This document shows positions 38,866-49,933 of a stretch of DNA of 50,911 nucleotides, one piece after another. The translations under genes and the position numbers were made by a program. Where the stretch lies: assembly GCA_000182565.2 (NCBI GenBank), contig KQ257455.1, one strand, 5' to 3'. The number at the start of each line of letters is the position of its first letter. Positions within the stretch are counted from its first letter, which is position 1. This DNA is from Spizellomyces punctatus DAOM BR117 (lineage: Eukaryota). Below the pieces are notes generated by a model. The model did no database searches, was not told the origin of the DNA, and saw only the letters and a list, made by a program, of their open reading frames with translations.

Positions 38866-39658
38866 GGATTGGAACTGCCGTTCAACACGTTTAACAACGT
38901 GAGCATACCATGCGGGACTTGATGAGAGAGGAAGAGAAAGTGTAGGCGAATGTGAGAAAGTGCGAGCACAAGAAGAGTATAAGGATGTTCAGACTCAATA
39001 TACATATGAGCCGGATTGACTTTGGCTCCCCTTGCATGGTCCCTATTTTTGCACCGCTTGGCCTAAATTCAGTCTTATCGAGCATTTTACATACTATTAT
39101 CCCAAGGCCCCTATTACAGCAAGACACTTCCGGCATCAGTGTCTTGTCTATTACATCTCTTCCATATTAATATAATCGTAGCAGGCAACCCACGCAACTG
39201 TGCAGATTGTCAACGAACCTCTGGTGTTCGAGTGATCGTCTTGTTGCCGACAGCATCACCGGCGTGCACAAGTTGGAGGCCATGGTTAAAGGAAAAACGG
39301 GGGCGGGAGCTGCTGCGGCCTACATCTGATAGGTGCATCCACGGCATGCTCTTGGGGGAGAGAGACAGTGGGGCCCAATGGAAGCCTTGTGCGCAATAAA
39401 TAAAGATTTTGTCGCAGAAGACTACAGGAGGATGTAGTATGGAAATGGTACGAATACGGCGTCTGCAAAGAAGAATCTCGCTCAGACCTTTTGATCGTCG
39501 TCGACCATCAACAGCCTTGCTCATCCTAGCAAAGCAATAGGTAATTGGTCATGATCATCATCAGGAAAGCTCACAATACTTATAGTGGCCAGATGAACTG
39601 ATGTAGGTATTCCTGGCCGCATGTTTGTGTCTCAATGGATACTATTTTATATTCAATT

Positions 39659-42600
39659 TCAACCGGCCTTGTCTTTTTTCTTTCCGCTAAACATGCCCCT
39701 AATCCCCTTTTCTTTTCCGTCTCGCGCTAAGCTCACACTAGTCGAACTCCGGGACATGCCGTTATCGGCATCTCCCCTCCCAACAGAAGCCGACGCAGAC
39801 GATAATAATTCCGTCGACGCTGCTAGCCCTTTAACTATCTCCGACGATGGCGTAGCGTTACCCAAATCTTTCAAAATCTCGACGAGTTGCACCGGGTTAT
39901 ATATATGTGTCGTCCCGATAATCACATCTCTTTGCAACTCTTTGATCACTTCATACGTTGCTCGTAGCTCAGAGAACGTTAGCCCACCTAGAGAAAAGAG
40001 GATGATTCTTGGGCCGTTCTTGCGCAACTCTGACGAAGAAACTTGTTGTTGTGTCTGCTGTTGTGACTGCTGAATTGTATCTGGTTGTGTGTCATCGGAT
40101 GCCTTTTTTCGAGGCGTGGCCCATGATGCGCGAGTTGTGCGTAAAGAGGTTGGGTGTGATGGATCGGGAGGGATAAGCGCCAGCGCTTTTTCGCGGGGAG
40201 TTTTAGTAGCGTTTGTTGGCGGTGGTGGAGGTGGTGGGGCAAGGTCCTCCGGTGGGGGCTCTGTGATCCAGGGGAAGATGGTCGAATCCAATTGATTTCG
40301 TATTTGGTCCTATGGCTTTTGAAATTATAAACTGCTGCCGACGGCGTGATAGAATTTGATGCATACCTGCAGCACGGTTTTCAGGACGGGAGACCATCGA
40401 CTCAAGTCATAGGTTTCCCCCTTCCTCTTCTTCTGTCGATTGTGAAGGTGGTATGTGTACCGACCCCGGTCCTTATCTTCCTTGCTTTTCTCCTTGGACT
40501 TACTCAATCGAACACCCACGAGAGATAAGTTTGTGATTGCTTGTGAGTCCTCCACAGAAAGCTTGGCGTATCCCAGTAACCGACGTCGCTCGTCGTCCTC
40601 TATTCCATGTTGGGTAATTATATACAGCATCAAAAGACGGAGCTTGTCGGTTGGGCTTTCAAAAAGTCAGATTGTGATCGTGCATATGCAGTGAGGGGCA
40701 GGATTCTTATTGCGGTGCCTACCTAACGTTGTCGCTATCCAAGGCAGGGACCATGTCCATCATAACATTGGCAAACTTAATGGCTCTCCCATCAACCGAT
40801 TCACCCGTCGCGAGATCCTATAAGACCGATACAAATCCTGTGAGCCAACAGCCCCTCTGTAGCGAGCATAAGGTACAGCAACTTGCCTGCTCAACGGCGG
40901 CAACCATATCCAACTGCCTTCTCTCAAACATTGTCTTGCACTCCTGGCAAATGTTGATGTGGACTGAAAACTACTCGCGTACCAGGCGTTAGCCAATATT
41001 ACCTTCGTTTTTCAAAGCACAACAGCAACGACCAGGTACCTTGGACTTCATCTCCTGAAATTGGGGTAATGAGCTCAACGTGTCTTTCATTTGTTTAAGA
41101 GAATCGATCCCCTTTGCGCTGTCAGTTAAAGGTAAACAATCAGCTCACTGTTCGTTTACCACATGCGTGTGCGCAAACCGGTTACCTAGCGTCACCGCCT
41201 TCTTTCTCCATAGCTGTGGCTGCAGCTCGATTCTCCGTTAGGAACTTATTGAATGTACTGCGAATGTACTCAACGGCGTCCGCATAGTGCCAGTGACGAA
41301 TTAGCATCTGAATTGGTGTCAATCAACTAAATAGATTAGAAGGTGCAGGAAAGTTGAAATATTGGCCGCATGCTTACCCAGATTGGATCATTTTCGTCTA
41401 GGCTGGCGGACGTAACTTGGGCGGCGGAAGCATCCGTCGATGCTCCTCCCTCAGTCTTGTATCTAATTGTCCCGAGATGATGCCTATTCAGCTAAATTTC
41501 ATTAGCAGGCAGTACAAGGTACTCACATGTACTTTCCTCCCTCCAGCACCAACAAATCATTCATCATGGCTTGGTACGTAAACTCGTGTACCAAAGGTGA
41601 TACCATATCCAAAGCCCTATCAACAATCACAAGGACAGAACGCTTGTAAGGACTAGGTGGCGGAAAATCTGGATCCAATCGGCATAGATCATCGAGCTCT
41701 TGCTGGACTCTATGGGCCAGTTTCGAAGCGACCGTATTTTGGGTGCCTTGTGGTGAGTAATATCGGATATAAGGGTAGTCGCCCAAGGTGGAAAGAACAG
41801 AGATGATCTGGTGCGCTTAGGAATTGAGATGGCTGTGACCGAGGAGTAAAGGGGACCGGCAGCGAGTGGGCTTACACGTTGTGCTATGCTGGTTATTTCA
41901 CCTGCTTGGTGACCTGCGGCTTGGGGATTGTACAAAGGGAAGAGGGAAAGCGGTTGTTCAAAGGTGAATACTTGTGGTTCGTACGCTGGCGTACGCTCAT
42001 TCGTTAGAAAAGGTTTAATGTCCCTTTATGTTAACCTTGGCACATACCAATAAAGTCAACATTCATTTCCTTTAGGGTTTTGACATAAGCCGACGCGGCT
42101 GAGGTTTTTATCTTTTCAAAAAGATGATCCGGTAATCCTAGCAACAGGCAAGATACGACATGTTGGCTCACATTGACGTACAAAGGTATGGCCTAACATA
42201 TTCACCTGCAACGAAAAAGACATGTGCGGCAGCATACATGGCCTTTCCTTTTTCGAAATCTGCCAGAAATCGATCTACGCAGGCGTCCACTGGTGAGATA
42301 AAGTAGATGGCCTCCTTAGTCGGATATGGCTGCCGCTTTCGTGTCAAGTCTTCCACCACTTCATAATCAAGTAAACCTGGTTTAGCCAAGCCAAAACTAT
42401 GCACCCAATTCGACGACACACACAGGTCACATTTTCCTCTAGAATATCATGCATCCTGCAAGCCGTATTCAATATCTTGATGGATTTAGGATCAACGACA
42501 ATGATCTTCCATTTTCCGGGAGGCTGTACGGATTGGATCATGTCCACTAGTATTCCTGTGAATGGTTGCATGTTAGGGGACTCTGGGTCGGCCTAGAAGG

Positions 42601-42666
42601 CGCTCAAACTTTGTCACGTAACAGCATGAACCCACTTTTTTTCATCAATTCCTTTATTGACGACAT
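39659..42666 (-). CDS. SEC1: Sec1/Munc18 SM protein
   Basis: WKIIVVD, RQPYPTKEAIYFISP, IVDRALDMVSPLVHEFTYQAMMNDLL, YDLSRWSP and RIILFSLGGLTFSELRATYEV; multi-exon. Confidence 0.93.
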
Positions 42667-42861
42667 TCTGGCAGATATACAGTTGTCAACGTCTCATTGG
42701 ATAGATTCACCTTGACGTCCCCAGTGGAGGGTGTCACTTGAAGGACAACCGGAGGCCTAGAGGACAAGACCACGACGCGCTCTGCTGCTCACGTAACATT
42801 CATTGCATGACTTTGCAAACTTCTCCAGTGCTCAGTGGTACAGTCACAGCGAAAGCACTAT

Positions 42862-42875
42862 AGCTCCATGGCAAC
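42862..42875. promoter_or_regulatory. RFX X-box-like motif in the SEC1/LOC1-like divergent gap
   Basis: AGCTCCATGGCAAC, one mismatch to consensus, about 70 nt upstream of the ATG at 42944. Confidence 0.45.
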
Positions 42876-42943
42876 GCAGCCTCGTCGTCTGTCGTGCTCC
42901 AGAAACCTGTTGACACTGACAACAGAAAATCACAATCACCAAA

Positions 42944-43556
42944 ATGAAACCAAAGAATCCCGCCCGCCGCAACGTCCCGTTGAAGCCACAAATACCTGGG
43001 AAAACCATAAAGAAAAGTGCTGGCTCAGGTGGAAGGAGAACAACGAAGCCGAAGGCAGTCTCGAACGAGATACCCAAGACTTTGACAACCTCAGCAGCCG
43101 CACCCGCAGCCGCACCTGCACCCACGCCCACACCCACATCCGCCTCCACAGCAGTATCTGACGAAGCCACACTCGCATCCATTCCCACCACATCCCGCAA
43201 GAAGGGCAAGAAATTCCCCACACAGGTGCGCAAACCAGCGTCTCCTAGGAAAAAGCTTATGAACTGACATATCTGGCCAGTCACACCTCCTATCTTTGAT
43301 AGATGCGATATCAACACAGCAAGATCAGGTCATCACCAACAAACTCGCTCGACATCATGCAAACGCGGCCCGCAACTCGGTAAAGCAAAAGAAGACCCAA
43401 GACAAAAAGAGAGAGAAGAGAGCAGAGATTGAAGTCATCAAGAAGCAACTAAGGATGGAGAAGGGAAAAAAGAAGAAAAGAAAGAGTAAAGAGGAACCGG
43501 AGCAAGATTCAGAGAGTGGAGGGAAGCCAAAGAAACGGGTCACATTCGATCTTTAG
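42944..43556 (+). CDS. Lys-rich nucleolar protein, Loc1-like (60S assembly/export)
   Basis: Two exons. KKGKKFPTQ|SHLLSLIDAISTQQDQVITNKL followed by a charged helix resembles the Loc1 core; ends KKRVTF. Confidence 0.55.
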
Positions 43557-43642
43557 CGAGCATGACATTTGTACATTCTTCATTTCAGACGCACCGTGTC
43601 GGTAGCATGTGTATTTATCTATTTTGAAATCAACTATAATAT

Positions 43643-45001
43643 CTAAAGTAAAAATACAGAAGAGGTCATTACTGCGCCTACCGCCAGGGCAGACCGCCAA
43701 TATGTGCTCACACTTCTTGTGGCATCACTGGCAATATTACCGTCGCGGACATTCTTGCCAACCACCAACTCTACGCTTCCTTCCCATCCCAGCAGCCTAA
43801 GACTGTCTAAAATCCCTGGACCATAAACGCCGCGTCCACCAAACCTTGCAATCAACTCGTCTAATGTCTTTCCGACCATATCCCCAACTGTTGGTACCAT
43901 TAAAAAGTCCTGAGAGTTTGAGTAGGAAGCGTCAACGTGTGTCAGGGTCGATCCCGGTTCGTACGATCCCGGACTGCGTGTCGAGTACAGAGTTGTGTTG
44001 CGGAGAGCGATGGATTTCGTCGAGGAGGTGATCGCCTTGTAAAGGCTGGCGGCCGCTGAAAAGGGGGCACCGCTGGATTCAAATGAGGAGATAAATGATG
44101 ACAAGGAAAGAGACCCGGATCCTTGAGGCCACCATTGTTGTATAGGGATAACCTGGGCTTCTATAGACTTCCCAGTAGGGTCTTGGACGAGCTTGTCGAA
44201 AGGAGTTAGGAGAGTCCATGCGTCGACGCTTGGACTTGCGATTGGGCCGTGTAGATACAATTGTGGCGCAACGTAGGGATTCTGCGTCGATGAAAAATCC
44301 TTGTACATCACCGAAAACGGTACCAATGAGGTATCCCAACCCATTCCGTGGGTAAACTCGTGGGTAGCTACGAACTCAAAATCGGTCTGGTTCGGGCCAA
44401 TCGTCTGTCCTGAAGACTTGAACCAAAAGTCGAAATCCGAGTTGAATTCAGCCATAATGTCGTAAGGTGCATAGTCTAGCTTAGTGTCATGCTTGCTTTG
44501 CTTGACGAGAGATTGAGGGTATAAATAAAAACGAGTGTTTTCCGTGTCATCACCTGTAGCAGATTGCGCTTTAGGCCGAGCCGGAAAATAGGCGGCAGGC
44601 AGCGCCATCCCTAACGTGTTCCCCATATCCCCACATCTGTCCTTTCGTCTTCCGTTACAAAAGCTTCTAAATGTGGCATGAACTCTGACCCTCTCTTTGA
44701 TCGAAATCATTTGCGAAATGTACTGTCCAGCATTTTCAAACCCTTGTTGAGCGAATCGACAGGTTTGTTGGGGAGCGTTTGGACACACAAATGTGATGTC
44801 AAATTGGGAATTTGCGCGGCGACTATGCGCATTAATGGGTGGCAATGATGGCTCATGCTCTCGTGGCAAAAAGGGGTAGGGTGTAAGGTGAGGCGAAAAT
44901 GGCGATATTCGGTCAAAGCGGGTGACAATGTCCTCCGCAATTGCTGACCGGAACGAGTGCGAGGCCAAGAGGAGGAGGTAAAGTCCATATCGGTAGAGCA
45001 T
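43643..45001 (-). CDS. Secreted, probably GPI-anchored zinc metalloprotease (HExxH)
   Basis: Intronless. Signal peptide from Met at 45001 (MLYRYGLYLLLLAS...); DFEFVATHEFTHGMG, distal GSTLTH, FLMVP Met-turn-like motif and a hydrophobic C-terminal tail. Confidence 0.8.
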   Translation of the reverse strand: MLYRYGLYLLLLASHSFRSAIAEDIVTRFDRISPFSPHLTPYPFLPREHEPSLPPINAHSRRANSQFDITFVCPNAPQQTCRFAQQGFENAGQYISQMISIKERVRVHATFRSFCNGRRKDRCGDMGNTLGMALPAAYFPARPKAQSATGDDTENTRFYLYPQSLVKQSKHDTKLDYAPYDIMAEFNSDFDFWFKSSGQTIGPNQTDFEFVATHEFTHGMGWDTSLVPFSVMYKDFSSTQNPYVAPQLYLHGPIASPSVDAWTLLTPFDKLVQDPTGKSIEAQVIPIQQWWPQGSGSLSLSSFISSFESSGAPFSAAASLYKAITSSTKSIALRNTTLYSTRSPGSYEPGSTLTHVDASYSNSQDFLMVPTVGDMVGKTLDELIARFGGRGVYGPGILDSLRLLGWEGSVELVVGKNVRDGNIASDATRSVSTYWRSALAVGAVMTSSVFLL

Positions 45002-45544
45002 TGTGGAGGCGAAGGACGGGGTTTCTATGAGTGCTTGCTGACCCTCCGAGCCATAGAATGGTTTTATAAAGCCGGTTAGAAACGACGAAAGCCGACGACG
45101 ACGACGACGACCAACGTTCGATTTCTCTTTTGACGTCGTCTTCGGCGGCAAATTTGCTGCATGACTGTGCCCCTTTACGGCTTAGCTGCGTGTCGCCCAT
45201 CCATCTTGTAATTTGACCCCAGTCCACCATCCATGGAGCTAACAGGGTTAAGGTTAGGGTTAGTGCTCGCGGATTTCTGAATGGTGGTAGCTTGTAGTTT
45301 GGTTTCGCTCGTTGGTGAACTGGGGTTGTTAAATTCACAGCAGTCTAGCAATGACTTTGAAGCTCAAAACGCCTTTGAGCGGTCCTAATTGCATTGCAAA
45401 GTCGTACCCAAAGTACATACTTCTCCCATTCCCGCTCTGAATGAAACAGCAGCTACGTGGCGCAACCCCACATTATTGAAAGACCTATAGAGTCTCTTAG
45501 ATAGCCATCTGGCTAAAAGAGGTTTTGGTCACCAAGAACGATCT

Positions 45545-46360
45545 CCAACTTGCAAAACCATTCTACCCTCCGATGTCCATATGTCACCTCGCTCGTAGAC
45601 TTGTGCGAGTTCTCAATAATGGGTCAAACTTTAGCGTTGATCAACGCGCTAATGCCGGTTAGTTGTTCGTTTTCTGGTCTGACTAGTCAAACAGTGTTGT
45701 CTTGGCCTCGTCAAGTGAGGGGCGTGAATTGACGATAGAAACTAGAGTCCCGGCCCGTTTCACCACCCGCCAGTATCGCCGCAATGTGTCACAGCCAACC
45801 GCATCGAAGACGATGTCAACAGTACGGACAACCCTTCGAACTTTATGGTGCATAATCGAACACATCTTTCACTCCAAGGTCTCAAAAAGAATTCATGACT
45901 ACTCGTCGAGACCCTCACAGGGAGTCTTGCCCCAGCCCAGCGAGCAAACTGGACAGCAAAGTCTTAAATTCCTCCTGCAGATCGTTGGACTAATCAGGTT
46001 TGTCCCGCACGAAGGGCGGCGTGGTCATAGGAGGCTGGCCATCCTGTCAGGGTAGAATACGAGTTGCCTGCACATGATTGACCGTGCGCGGCTTTAACCT
46101 ACTTTGCTCCGTACAACAATTGCGCATTCGGCTCCCGCCCTGTCGCATCAACGGCCTTGAGAGCGTAAGCTCCTGAGCCAATTCAAGCTTTATCAAACCC
46201 TAAGCCCACCTCTCATGTCTGGGAGTTGAGTTTCGTTTAATACGGCGCAGGCCACTTGAAATCCGGCGCTCGTTATAAAACCCGTTACGATGAACCCACA
46301 CCAGTACTTCCATAGGACCAGCTTCCCGTCTTGGTATGTCGTCAAATCTAAGGCATGAAT
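45545..46360 (-). pseudogene. Decayed MDR-family (NADPH:quinone oxidoreductase/Zn-ADH-like) gene
   Basis: Fragments in several frames with stops: LRFDDIPRREAGPMEVLVWVH; TLTGWPASYDHAALRAGQT*LVQRSAGGI*DFAVQFARWAGAR; LGVKDVFDY; VDIVFDAVGCDTLRRYWRVVKRAGTLVSIV; VRPENEQLTGISALINAKV*P; GRMVLQV. Confidence 0.8.
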
Positions 46361-47210
46361 ACGGGTCGCCTTCCTGTTCGATTCCCTTAAATTCGTGTTG
46401 TCTTCTGAGAAGTGTCAGGTCGTGCTCTTTCACGCTGCATGTCTAACAAAATCCTGTACCCGTTGTGCTGTCTCATCCCAACAGCAGATTAGTTCGTACC
46501 GGTTGAGGTCTGCTTACAGCACAACTGATGAGCTGAACATAGGTTGTAGACATCTTGTGGCAGCAGCCTGGCTCTTTTCTCTTCTTCTGTCACGCTTCTT
46601 TGGATACCGTCGATCTAATGAGGTCGGGGAGTGCAACTGAAGCCAGCCCATAACTAGAGCGCAATTGAGAAACTGGACGTGCCTATGCTGCTACAGGCGA
46701 AATAGACTCGCAACCATAAATATTTAGTAAGGCACTAACCTTGGCTTTATCTGACCAGCAGCACTTCTCTCTCTTCCTCTGATTCTCCTCTTGCCATTAT
46801 GAGCCAGAAGCGCAGTCTCAAGGCGTCAAGGTCAAGGTGCCCCGCAACGCACATTGCGCATACATGAACTCAGCAACATGACGTATCACTGGGCTTCTTT
46901 CTAACAGAGGTTCTAGCGTCGATAGAGGCGATGACAGGGAAATGGACCAGTTCTATCTGCTCAAGTCTACCGTCACGTACCTACCTGTACTACTTGTTGG
47001 CAAAAAAGCAATGGGGCGAAACCCTTTGCCATTGCAATAAGGGAGCGAAAGAGCTAGTCAAAGTGTAACATGAACTACCAATTGCATATTTATATTTGTT
47101 GTGTGCGAGACTCTAGACCTAGCTAGTTTCTTTATACATTTATACATCTTTCTCTAATTTTCTGCGGCCTAGATCTAACATTCTACATCTTCCCGACCGC
47201 GTCCTTGCCT

Positions 47211-47549
47211 CTAAGGCGCTGGAAGAGTCTCCCCGTTAATCCCTTCAACTTTGCAAGTGTTCCAATCCTCCCAAATCATATGAACCGGGCCTTCTTTCGG
47301 TGCTCTTTTTTTGCAGTCTTCGATATACGATTCCATCTTCGCCGTGTCGACGGGAACGCAGCACGTGTTTCCGGGTTTCTGCTGCGTCGGTAATGCTACG
47401 TACTTAACGATATGAAAACTACTGCTGTTCTGAATGCATATGGCCGTAGCAGGGTTGCAAGCGCGCTTGACGAGCTCGATGGGAGTAGCGGAAACCGTCA
47501 TGAGCGCCTGGGCGGCAATGGCGACAGCGAAGATGTACTTGGTAAACAT
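47211..47549 (-). CDS. Small secreted cysteine-rich protein (112 aa, prepro architecture)
   Basis: Signal peptide MFTKYIFAVAIAAQALMTVSA, pro-piece ending KR, six Cys in the mature part; TATAAAA at 47642-47648 on the minus strand. Confidence 0.8.
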   Translation of the reverse strand: MFTKYIFAVAIAAQALMTVSATPIELVKRACNPATAICIQNSSSFHIVKYVALPTQQKPGNTCCVPVDTAKMESYIEDCKKRAPKEGPVHMIWEDWNTCKVEGINGETLPAP

Positions 47550-47846
47550 GAGTAATGATGTCCTGTTGTTTTCTTTCGCGTTGTTGTGGAGGTGTTTGCT
47601 TGAGAAGATGGTGAAAGGAGGGTTAGGCAGGATCTTGAAGCTTTTATAGACGGCTGGCTTTCAGTATCATGTCTTCCGAAGATAGGGCAGGTACATGATC
47701 CTGGGAAATCGCGGAACTCCTGATTCCCAAGTGAATGATCCATGCTCCGTTGCGGAGAGGACCCTTTTCCAAAGTGGCTGCTCCATACGGAGAGGAAAGA
47801 GCCCCTGCTCGAGGCTCCCATCCATTGTGTGGATCTAATGACGCTG

Positions 47847-47963
47847 TTAGCCGAGGAATCTACAGCTACATAACACGCCTTCGTTCCAAAAACGTCGACG
47901 GGGAGGATGGTACCATGTATTTAGCGCAGAATTCTACAGCTACATGGCACGCCTTCGTTTCAA
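47847..47963. repeat. Two imperfect ~43-bp direct repeats, period 74
   Basis: ttagccgaggaatctacagctacataacacgccttcgttccaa versus ttagcgcagaattctacagctacatggcacgccttcgtttcaa. Confidence 0.8.
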
Positions 47964-48078
47964 GAATTTGGATCAAGAATTTGGAACTGACAGGACCGGA
48001 CCCATTATCTGAAACTGATTCGGCAGGCTCCATACGCCGACGTCCACAACTTGGCTGTCTTGAAAGCTAGAATAGAAC

Positions 48079-48160
48079 AGCGATGTTGCTAGTTTCAGGA
48101 ATTATAGTACCCTGCCTCCATAGCGATGCTGCTAGTTTCAGGAATTATAATACCCTGCCT
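48079..48160. repeat. Tandem duplication of 39 bp, period 43
   Basis: agcgatgttgctagtttcaggaattatagtaccctgcct versus agcgatgctgctagtttcaggaattataataccctgcct (two differences). Confidence 0.9.
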
Positions 48161-48560
48161 AAAATTTGAGTGAGTGCCAGCACCGGTAGGAGCTAGGATT
48201 ACGCTTAGGGTCTAACGCTTATGCTGGAGTGGTACCCATCTGCTGCAAATTTACGATGTCCAATGATGCTGGTAACCTAGCGGTGCGGGAGAATCGTATC
48301 GGACACCCGCATAGTTAGACCAAAAAAAGGAATAATTGATCATGACATTTGCGAAACTGGCTTATACTGTCGGCAGCAAGTTGGATAATCACCGTCGCCT
48401 GGGGTACAGCTGGTCACATAAACTGCGTGCGTCTATCGATGTAGTGTCAAAATGTATGGGTCCAGACCCGTGTCCCACTACAACTCGTATCGAATATTTG
48501 ATCTGAACAGAACACAGCGGTTTGCATGTATTTAAATGACTTACATTTGGTACAAATTGT

Positions 48561-49740
48561 ATGCGACGTTGGATGGGGAGATTTCTTCCATTGTGGGTCG
48601 TTGTGGTTGCATTCATTCAACTTGCTATTTTGCAGCAATCGCTATGGTGCTACGGCTATGCCATCAAACCTGGTTTAACGCATGCGCTGCTCGTTTTTGC
48701 TGTGTTCCCGTTAGCTGTCCGATCGAATATTGGATATGAGTTGTAATTAATGTGACCGCCGGAATGCAATTCTGACGAGTCCTCACAAATTTCCCATGCA
48801 CACTTTCAAGGTTGTCAACTTTGAGCTGTGCTGAACAACGACCGCGTAGAGAAGACGACTCGATAGACTTTACAAACCGCAAATGGTGTTTATTAGGCGA
48901 GAGCAATTCCCTGGTTTTATTGGCAAAGAGTGACCGAAAGGGCATTCAAACTCGGATATGTTGATCTAGAAGAGGATACCGAGGACTTCCAAATTCCAGT
49001 CTGTATGTACTACATGATCAAAAAGAAACATCATTTGTTCTCTGAATGGAAGAAACCCTCCGTGCCGGGTGAAAAAATGATGATTGTAATTGTTGGAATA
49101 ACGAAGAGCTGCTGTCGTTCATTGACATATGTCGTAAGTAAGTTGAGGAAATGGAACGGAGAAACCTGTCAAATCTGTTTGCGAGGTGTCAGTGTACTTT
49201 ACAAGTGCGAGATTTTGCAAAGTTTTCAATATTTAAAAGATACAATGCAAAAAGAACAACACTAATAGGCACTGATACAAGGTGAAACACATGGATGGTG
49301 CGAACGGCGTGAAGGCACAAGGTTATTGACCAAGTAGCTGCGAAGACCTTGTCGGTACTGTCAAAATCGTTTCGCGTTATGTCCGAAATCAATCTGACAG
49401 CGTACTGGTATTTTGCCTCGCTCATGGCCTTGTAGTAATCTTATTATCCACAGGATGTACAATGGTTGGCGAGGAAGGATCTTTCAGGAGACCGGAATCG
49501 AAGCAAGCGTGTATGCGAGAGCAAGACAACGCTGCAGTAGGCTCACGGTTATCGCCGCGGACACGTCCGACCATACCTCACTTTTCCCCGTCTTTTTCCC
49601 ACAATCTTTACCATACAAAAAACATTGACACCACACATTTGTTCGCAGTATGCCAGGGTATCATTCCAGCTAGTTGGATTGTCTGGTCGACGCATATAAG
49701 AAATTCAGTGGAACAGCATAAATTTGGCTACTTCTGGTAA
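48561..49740 (+). other. Possible multi-exon or degraded secreted-protein gene
   Basis: Signal-peptide-like start MRRWMGRFLPLWVVVVAFIQLAIL and downstream ORF pieces with splice-like sites; no coherent model could be built. Confidence 0.25.
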
Positions 49741-49933
49741 TTCACCGCCATCGCGGGACCAGAGGACAAAAGCAGAAGTTCTGATATCTTTGTTATAGAT
49801 GTGATTGTAACTCTACCCTGAAAGATATGATCCAGAAAACTAAATGGTATGCCGCCCCCATAAATCTCGGAAAGGTTCAATATAATCAACCTCGACCGCC
49901 CCACGTCTTTACTCGGATCCGGTCAGAGATCCT

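Noticed and set aside
45002-45151. N-terminal 50 aa of the 502-aa ORF (MPPKTT...RRRRRR)
   Set aside because: Begins at a non-ATG codon and spans a (CGA)n microsatellite; the signal peptide starts at Met 45001.
47847-47963. Repeat-spacer-repeat resembling a mini CRISPR array
   Set aside because: Only two diverged copies, no cas genes, and a eukaryotic context.
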